A stretch of DNA of 24,000 bases from Candidatus Heimdallarchaeota archaeon. Its GTDB lineage: Archaea; Asgardarchaeota; Heimdallarchaeia; JABLTI01. Below, piece after piece: positions 18,440 through 24,000 of this stretch; the stretch's first letter is position 1; every line of letters begins with the position of its first letter. Location of the stretch: positions 38,412 through 62,411 of the forward strand of contig JAHLVZ010000001.1 of the NCBI GenBank assembly GCA_019058165.1. The letters are read 5' to 3'. The notes under the pieces were generated by a model. It ran no database searches. It worked only from the letters and a program-made list of their open reading frames with translations, and was not told the origin of the DNA. The position numbers and the translations under genes are program-made.

Positions 18440-19813
18440 ATGGAAGAACTCGACAGCAAACCAAAAAGCTCTTTTCGATGGCTAAAAATCACTGGTTTAG
18501 TGCTTGCTAGTTTAGTCATTTTAGGTGGTATTGGTTATGGTACTTATTATTTCATGACTAGTAATAATCTTGAGCCTGCTCCTACTTTTTCAGTTACTAC
18601 CATATCTGGTGGTAATTTTACACTAACCGATCATCTAGGTAAAGTTGTTCTTTTGGATTTCATGTATTTGGATTGTACTCCATGTGAAGAATTGATGCCT
18701 GAACTTGTTGCTCTATCAAAGGAATTTAATGAAACTCTTGTAATTTTTTCCATTGATGTGGTTTTAGCGGATAATACAACTGAAATTCAAAACTACAAAG
18801 ATACGTTTAATGCAACTTGGGAGTTCGCTTTAGATACTGTTGGATTAGCAACAGATTACGCTGTAGTTACTCTACCAAAAACAGTAATCATCGATAGTGA
18901 AGGGTTCATTACCTTTGCAGAAAGTGGGTTTTCAGCTGATTCAAATTTACGTGAGAAAATCCAAGATACCATTGTAGGTAAAGCAACACGCATTAATGCC
19001 AGTTTGGGGGGGACTATGGCTGTTGCATTTTTTGCTGGTATTTTATCATTTTTCTCCCCTTGTGCATTTCCAATGCTTCCTGGTTATATGGCTTATAATT
19101 TAGATCTTTTAATGAAAACTGAGAAAAGCGAAGAAGAAATGGATGAAAAGGATAAAGATACGAAAGCAAGAGTACGACATCGAGTTTTGCGATCACTTTT
19201 ATGGGGAGGAGCTGCTGCACTTGGTATTTTCCTTTTCTATATGATTATTGGTTTAATTGTATCATTTGCTGGGGGTGCAGCAGGTAATTGGGAGTGGGTG
19301 GAATACATAATACCTATTGTTGGTGGCTTATTGATTATACTTGGAATTTTAACGTTTACTCCGTATTCACTTGATATGAGCAAAATTATCAGTCCAATTG
19401 ATAAGATTGGAAAGAGAAAGAAGAAAACCGAATTAGAGGACTCAGACCAAGAAAAAACGAAAAAGCGCTCCAATGCTTTTAGTGAAACTCCTCAGCTCTT
19501 ACAATTATTCCTCTATGGAATAACTTATGCTTTAGCTTCTATTGGGTGTAACTTCCCAATTCTTATTGGATTAGTTCTTGGTGCTTTACAAGCTGGTTCT
19601 TTCTTTAATGCAATCATGATTTTTCTTGTGTATTCAATTGCTATGGCATTACTAATGATTTTTATTACATTACTCGTTGGATTGTCTAAAGATGCATTAA
19701 TCAATAGATTACAAGCATCAACAAAAGCAGTCAAAATTATAAGCGGAATCTTACTTATTCTTGCAGGAGGATTCCTTATTGGTTGGTTCCTCTGGGACCG
19801 TTACAAGCTTTAA
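18440..19813 (+). CDS. Thioredoxin-like domain fused to a CcdA/DsbD-type transmembrane electron transporter
   Basis: KVVLLDFMYLDCTPCEELMPEL; TM domain with FFSPCAFPMLPGYMAYNL and YALASIGCNFPILIGLVLG (paired membrane Cys). Confidence 0.85.
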   Translation: MEELDSKPKSSFRWLKITGLVLASLVILGGIGYGTYYFMTSNNLEPAPTFSVTTISGGNFTLTDHLGKVVLLDFMYLDCTPCEELMPELVALSKEFNETLVIFSIDVVLADNTTEIQNYKDTFNATWEFALDTVGLATDYAVVTLPKTVIIDSEGFITFAESGFSADSNLREKIQDTIVGKATRINASLGGTMAVAFFAGILSFFSPCAFPMLPGYMAYNLDLLMKTEKSEEEMDEKDKDTKARVRHRVLRSLLWGGAAALGIFLFYMIIGLIVSFAGGAAGNWEWVEYIIPIVGGLLIILGILTFTPYSLDMSKIISPIDKIGKRKKKTELEDSDQEKTKKRSNAFSETPQLLQLFLYGITYALASIGCNFPILIGLVLGALQAGSFFNAIMIFLVYSIAMALLMIFITLLVGLSKDALINRLQASTKAVKIISGILLILAGGFLIGWFLWDRYKL

Positions 19814-19843
19814 TGATAAATATAAAAATATACTAGGTGCGAA

Positions 19844-20410
19844 ATGTTGATTAAAAAGAAAAGATTTGGATTCTTTATTACAATACCAATATTATTGCTT
19901 GTTCTTTCAATTACAATGCAATCAGCTAATTATACTGATTCTGTTCCACTACCAGTTGTCCTCTCAGTTACTCATCAACCAGTTGTTGTTACCTCTCAAA
20001 CCAATCTTACCGTTACAATCACTTTTGATTATGACATAAACGTAACAGGCATACAAATTCAATATTGCCAACTTGAGCCAGCTTTCACTTGTCATTTCCC
20101 AAAAATAGATATGATCCGAACTGGAAATTATTTCTGGACTGGTTCATTTATCGTCTTGGAAGAAAGTGGGATAATTGGTTACAAATTACATATTTCTCTT
20201 GAAACTACTGAGTTCGTTTCCCCGAATGAAACCGATTATCTAGGATATGACAACATAGTTGAACCTGCAGCAGGAGAATTCTACTTTTCAGTGGAATTAT
20301 ATACTACTACAGAAACAGCACCGGTGAATTTTGGTTTACCATGTATAGCTTTAACTTTTGGAGCGATTGTTCTTTTAAGAAGGAAGATGAGAAGTATTAG
20401 GAAAGTCTAA
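19844..20410 (+). CDS. Small secreted protein with one predicted C-terminal TM, unknown function
   Basis: Signal-like N-terminus, IQYCQLEPAFTCHFPKIDM, C-terminal FGLPCIALTFGAIVLLRRKM. Starts 31 nt after the Trx-CcdA gene, same strand. Confidence 0.6.
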   Translation: MLIKKKRFGFFITIPILLLVLSITMQSANYTDSVPLPVVLSVTHQPVVVTSQTNLTVTITFDYDINVTGIQIQYCQLEPAFTCHFPKIDMIRTGNYFWTGSFIVLEESGIIGYKLHISLETTEFVSPNETDYLGYDNIVEPAAGEFYFSVELYTTTETAPVNFGLPCIALTFGAIVLLRRKMRSIRKV

Positions 20411-20454
20411 TCTTTCGTCTAATAACTGCTAACGTTCATGTTCTTATTTTTTAT

Positions 20455-20898
20455 TTATTCAATTGTAATGTTGTATGTCAGATTTGTTTCAGTCTTTATT
20501 GAATTTGTAACTAAACAGTATTTTTCTGTTAAATCAACGCATTTTTCAGCCGATTTAAGATCCTCTTCATCATCGATACCAATCTCAAGATGAACATCCA
20601 CTTTTGTAAACATCAATCCTCTGTCTTCAGCCTTACCTAGATATCCTATTGCATCAATCTTTAAAGATTTCAATCCTATATCTAATTTTTCAGCCATTGC
20701 GCAAAAAGTAGTTAATTTGCACGAAGCAACGGCACCCACAAAAAGGTCTTCTGGAGAATGAATTCCTGGTCTTCCTTTGGGAAATTCTGGGGGAGTAGTG
20801 ACTTTTATTACAGGTTTGTCCTTATCATCTAAAATGAAATTTCCAAGCCTATCTTCAATCATTTCTATTATTACATGATATTTGTGTTCTTCACTCAT
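20455..20898 (-). CDS. OsmC/Ohr family protein
   Basis: GIHSPEDLFVGAVASCKLTTFCAMAEKLDIGLKSLKIDAIGYL ... DVHLEIGID. Confidence 0.85.
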   Translation of the reverse strand: MSEEHKYHVIIEMIEDRLGNFILDDKDKPVIKVTTPPEFPKGRPGIHSPEDLFVGAVASCKLTTFCAMAEKLDIGLKSLKIDAIGYLGKAEDRGLMFTKVDVHLEIGIDDEEDLKSAEKCVDLTEKYCLVTNSIKTETNLTYNITIE

Positions 20899-21017
20899 TT
20901 TGCTAGCCTCATCTTTTTAGTTTTTTATAATTATAAGAGAAATAATTAAAACCATTTAAAATTGCTTTATACTATCTAAATTAATCTTACGGAAAAAAAC
21001 TAGGTTGATGTATTTTT

Positions 21018-21800
21018 ATGACACTTACTAAAGCACTCATAACCCTTCTTCCTCATGAATCGAAAAAACTCATTGGAGTTGGAGTAACTGCTCTTGAAAT
21101 GGTGAAGAAGAAAATGAAGAAAGGAAGAATTTTTGTTGCACGAGGTACCACTAATGCTTATGTATTAGAAGAAATGGTAGCAATTGCAGAATTCGATAAA
21201 AGTCGTTATGTTGCTGGTCAAATATTGCCAGTAGGAGAACGACTGACTTCTTGCCCAAGTGATAAGCGCTTAGCTGAAATCCTTTTCATTGATGGTAAAG
21301 CACAAGAAATTGAATCCATTGCAAAAGAAATAGATGATTTTACAAAAGGTGACATTGTGATCAAAGGAGCGAATGCTCTCGATTTCGATGGTGTTGCTGG
21401 AGTTCTTTTGGCTCATCCTAAAGGTGGAACAAGTGGAGCATTTTGGGGTTCTTTGGTTGCTAAAGGTTTACGACTTCTTATTCCAATTGGCTTAGAAAAA
21501 TTAGTTGCTCATTCAATATTATATAGTTCAGCAGATATGGGGATAGAAGAAATTGATATATCAGATGGCTATAAATCAGGACTCTTCCCACTCCTAGGCG
21601 ATGTTTTTACAGAGATTGATGCCTTAGAAACACTATTTGAGCTAGATGAAGTAATTCACGTCGCAAGCGGAGGTGTTGGCGGTGCAGAAGGGGCAATTAC
21701 ATTATTACTTATTGGAGACAAGGACATCGTCAAAAAAGCATATGATTTCTGCCAAAAATTGAAGTCAGTTGAGCGATTTAAACCCACAGTAAATAAGTAA
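21018..21800 (+). CDS. Uncharacterised 260-aa protein
   Basis: Long ORF with coding-like composition: GRIFVARGTTNAYVLEEM, KGDIVIKGANALDFDGVAGVLLAHPKGGTSGAFWG, VASGGVGGAEGAITLLL. Confidence 0.6.
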   Translation: MTLTKALITLLPHESKKLIGVGVTALEMVKKKMKKGRIFVARGTTNAYVLEEMVAIAEFDKSRYVAGQILPVGERLTSCPSDKRLAEILFIDGKAQEIESIAKEIDDFTKGDIVIKGANALDFDGVAGVLLAHPKGGTSGAFWGSLVAKGLRLLIPIGLEKLVAHSILYSSADMGIEEIDISDGYKSGLFPLLGDVFTEIDALETLFELDEVIHVASGGVGGAEGAITLLLIGDKDIVKKAYDFCQKLKSVERFKPTVNK

Positions 21801-21937
21801 GAGGAGATTTCTCCTCCCCTCATATTTTTAGAGGTAACCTTAAGTTTCCAAATATGAAACGATTATTAAAGAAAAATTAACTCGGAAATGTTTTAAGTAA
21901 ATAATAACATGAGAGGATTACTAAGAGGATTTAAGCA

Positions 21938-22624
21938 ATGACATTTAGTAGTAAACGACGAGCACCTGCAATAAAACTCAAAATTAAAGATATTACTGAT
22001 GGAGAATTTGAAACTATTCAAGATGGTTCTAAAGTTCTTCATGTAAAAACCGATGATCTAGTTCGTAGAGTTAGAATTATGGGAGAAATCACCGGGAAAA
22101 CCGTCATAGAAAGCGATGAAAGTATAATACTGGAAATTGATGATACTTCTGGTTCCCTTAAGGTAAAAGGTGGAGGATCAGAATGGGCGGGGCAAGTTTT
22201 TCTTGCTATGAAAGATTTGAAGGAAGGTTCTATTGTAGATATCGTTGGTCTTGTTCGTGAAGCAGCAGATGGTAAAGCTTACATCGATTGTGAATTATGT
22301 CTTCCAGTTATAGATGATGCAAAAAAGGTTCTAAGAGAACTTGAGATATCAAAGTATTATAAGCGTAAGGGATTGGATTCAAAAGCAACAGATGGTATAG
22401 AAACTGCGATCAAAGATCAAGTAAAGCTTGCTGAAAGTGATGAAATAAAAACTCAAATCCTTGAGCTTTTGAAAAAAGCAGAGCACTTAGAGGAAGGATG
22501 CTCTTTTGATGACATTAAGAGGGCTTTAGGTCTCACAACTAAAGAGTTGGAACCTGAGCTTCGCGTGCTTCAAAATGATGGAGACATCTTTGAACCAATG
22601 CCTGGAACTTTCAAGTATGTCTAA
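21938..22624 (+). CDS. OB-fold nucleic-acid-binding protein with C-terminal winged helix (RPA32-like architecture)
   Basis: VRIMGEITGKTVIESDESIILEIDDTSGSLKVKGGG...LKEGSIVDIVGLVREAADGKAYIDCELCLPV, then KTQILELLKKAEHLEEGCSFDDIKRALGLTTKELEPELRVLQNDGDIFEPMPGTFKYV. Confidence 0.7.
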   Translation: MTFSSKRRAPAIKLKIKDITDGEFETIQDGSKVLHVKTDDLVRRVRIMGEITGKTVIESDESIILEIDDTSGSLKVKGGGSEWAGQVFLAMKDLKEGSIVDIVGLVREAADGKAYIDCELCLPVIDDAKKVLRELEISKYYKRKGLDSKATDGIETAIKDQVKLAESDEIKTQILELLKKAEHLEEGCSFDDIKRALGLTTKELEPELRVLQNDGDIFEPMPGTFKYV

Positions 22625-22648
22625 AAAAACAAGAAAAAATCAATAAAA

Positions 22649-22927
22649 TTATACCATTACTATGTAAACTTTGTTTGCTAATCCACGACCTAAAGCTAAT
22701 TTTGACCCTTTCACTCGTATCATTACTGGTCCATCAGCGATTTTGTTGACCATTTCAATTTCTGCTCCAGGAACTAATCCTAACTCATTTAATCGTTTAC
22801 AAGCACTCCTTCCACCAACAATTTTCCCAATTATTCCTTTTCTTCCAACTTGTAGAGTTAATAATGGTTTTGAAGGTCTACTTGTGTCGCCTCGAATACA
22901 ATAGTCATTTGTTTCAATTTCGATCAT
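22649..22927 (-). CDS. feoA: FeoA-domain protein (SH3-like)
   Basis: GRSACKRLNELGLVPGAEIEMVNKIADGPVMIRVKGSKLALGRGLANKVYI. Confidence 0.85.
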   Translation of the reverse strand: MIEIETNDYCIRGDTSRPSKPLLTLQVGRKGIIGKIVGGRSACKRLNELGLVPGAEIEMVNKIADGPVMIRVKGSKLALGRGLANKVYIVMV

Positions 22928-23315
22928 TTTTCTTGTTCCAAGTAAAGGTTTATTTATTGAAAGTTAGGTTATCCGAACTTAATAAAGCTTATTATAATGG
23001 GATAAAGTAGTAATTGTTCAGTAGGGGATATGAATGCTTTTTTGCCCTGTTTCTAGTGATTCATTTACTGGTAACCAATTGTTTTGTTCGAGTGGTTCTG
23101 GATCCACTAGGAAAGGATCCGATTGCCATGTGAGAAACTCTTACATAGTTATTTTCCTACTACTCTATTGGTTTTTTCTTTCTTAAATACCCCTTTGTTT
23201 AGCTGTACGGTACATTAATTAATCAATTATTCTTTTAAACGAGCGATAATACTTTCAGCTAACTCTTTATAAAAACTACATATATCTAGCGGTATTTATA
23301 CATTGTTGGAGAATA

Positions 23316-24000
23316 ATGCTTGCAAAAGAACATCGACTAACAAAGAAAGTTTACAGAACACTCATAGCTGATCTGCCGAAAAACGAATTAGAAAAAGCAT
23401 TGAAACAAGTACAACAAGTATTAAAACCTACATCCAAAAAACCACTCCAACTGACAACTAAAGTGAAAATTAAACCAATAAAGGAACAAGAAGAAATCCT
23501 TTGGATACTAGCAGAAAACTGCCGTCTTGTTTATAATTTTGCACTAGCTGAAAGAAAGAAATGGTGGGATAGAAGTCAACACTTGCCAAAGAAGAAAAGA
23601 GATAAAGAAAACAAACCAACCTACAACAAGCAATCAAAACAACTACCAAAACTAAAAGAAAAATATCCACGATACCAACAAAATTATTCTAAAACACTGC
23701 AATATGCACTCAGACAGTTAGAAGCTGATTATAGATCGTTTTATGCTCTGAGAAACAACGGTGACAAAGAAGCTCAACCACCAGGATTCAAAGGAAAAAA
23801 GTACTTTACCACCATGCATTACAATCAGAAAGGATTCAAAATCGAAGGCAGATCTATAACCTTTACTCATTTTTATCCTGTAAAAGATGCAGAAAAAGTA
23901 GTTCTTTCTTTTGAGATGCAAGGAAAATTAACTTTTACTGATAAAAAAGTGAAGCAAGTAACCATCTACCAAGTACACAAAACGAAAGAATTTTACTTAT
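23316..24000 (+). CDS. tnpB: IS200/IS605-type TnpB (OrfB) N-terminal part, open at the window edge
   Basis: Own translation from ATG 23316 with no stop to 24000: ...KIKPIKEQEEILWILAENCRLVYNFALAERKKWW...YPRYQQNYSKTLQYALRQLEADYRSFYALRNN...PPGFKGKKYFTTMHYNQKGFKIEGRSITF. Confidence 0.85.
   Translation, partial: MLAKEHRLTKKVYRTLIADLPKNELEKALKQVQQVLKPTSKKPLQLTTKVKIKPIKEQEEILWILAENCRLVYNFALAERKKWWDRSQHLPKKKRDKENKPTYNKQSKQLPKLKEKYPRYQQNYSKTLQYALRQLEADYRSFYALRNNGDKEAQPPGFKGKKYFTTMHYNQKGFKIEGRSITFTHFYPVKDAEKVVLSFEMQGKLTFTDKKVKQVTIYQVHKTKEFYL

Noticed and set aside
23470-23921. Minus-strand ORFs 23470..23670 and 23718..23921
   Set aside because: Antisense to the tnpB reading frame; compositional artefacts.
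1-24000. CRISPR array or a multi-gene antiviral defence island
   Set aside because: No regularly spaced direct repeats were noticed and no Cas, toxin-antitoxin, restriction or NTPase-effector gene groups were recognised. The single caspase-like protein is secreted and lacks an adjacent sensor gene.

Overview
This AT-rich window is dense in genes and looks archaeal. The pattern of proteins (Ras/Rab-like fold, RPA32-like OB+wH protein, secreted caspase-like protein, cyclic 2,3-DPG synthetase-like protein) suggests an Asgard-type lineage, but that is inference only. Most genes are housekeeping or metabolic: a hypE fragment, parvulin PPIase, ferredoxin, solo oligopeptide ABC ATPase, NnrE, MGMT, EFR1-type ferredoxin, HAD hydrolase, OsmC, FeoA, and a TlpA / Trx-CcdA cassette. 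A truncated tnpB lies at the right edge. The observations most worth a second look are: (1) a 322-aa protein that aligns with the Ras/Rab fold but has lost every G-motif (pseudo-GTPase), with a Cys-cluster C-terminal domain; (2) a tRNA-Arg(GCG) with a 31-nt intron at a non-canonical position, supported by a complete bulge-helix-bulge fold; (3) a 23-bp exact duplication of that tRNA's 3' end, 1.24 kb away, flanking a secreted Ntn-hydrolase-like gene, like attL/attR; (4) a secreted caspase-fold peptidase; (5) a rubredoxin domain fused to a ThDP-dependent oxidase/ALS-like enzyme. I saw no CRISPR array and no clear defence system.
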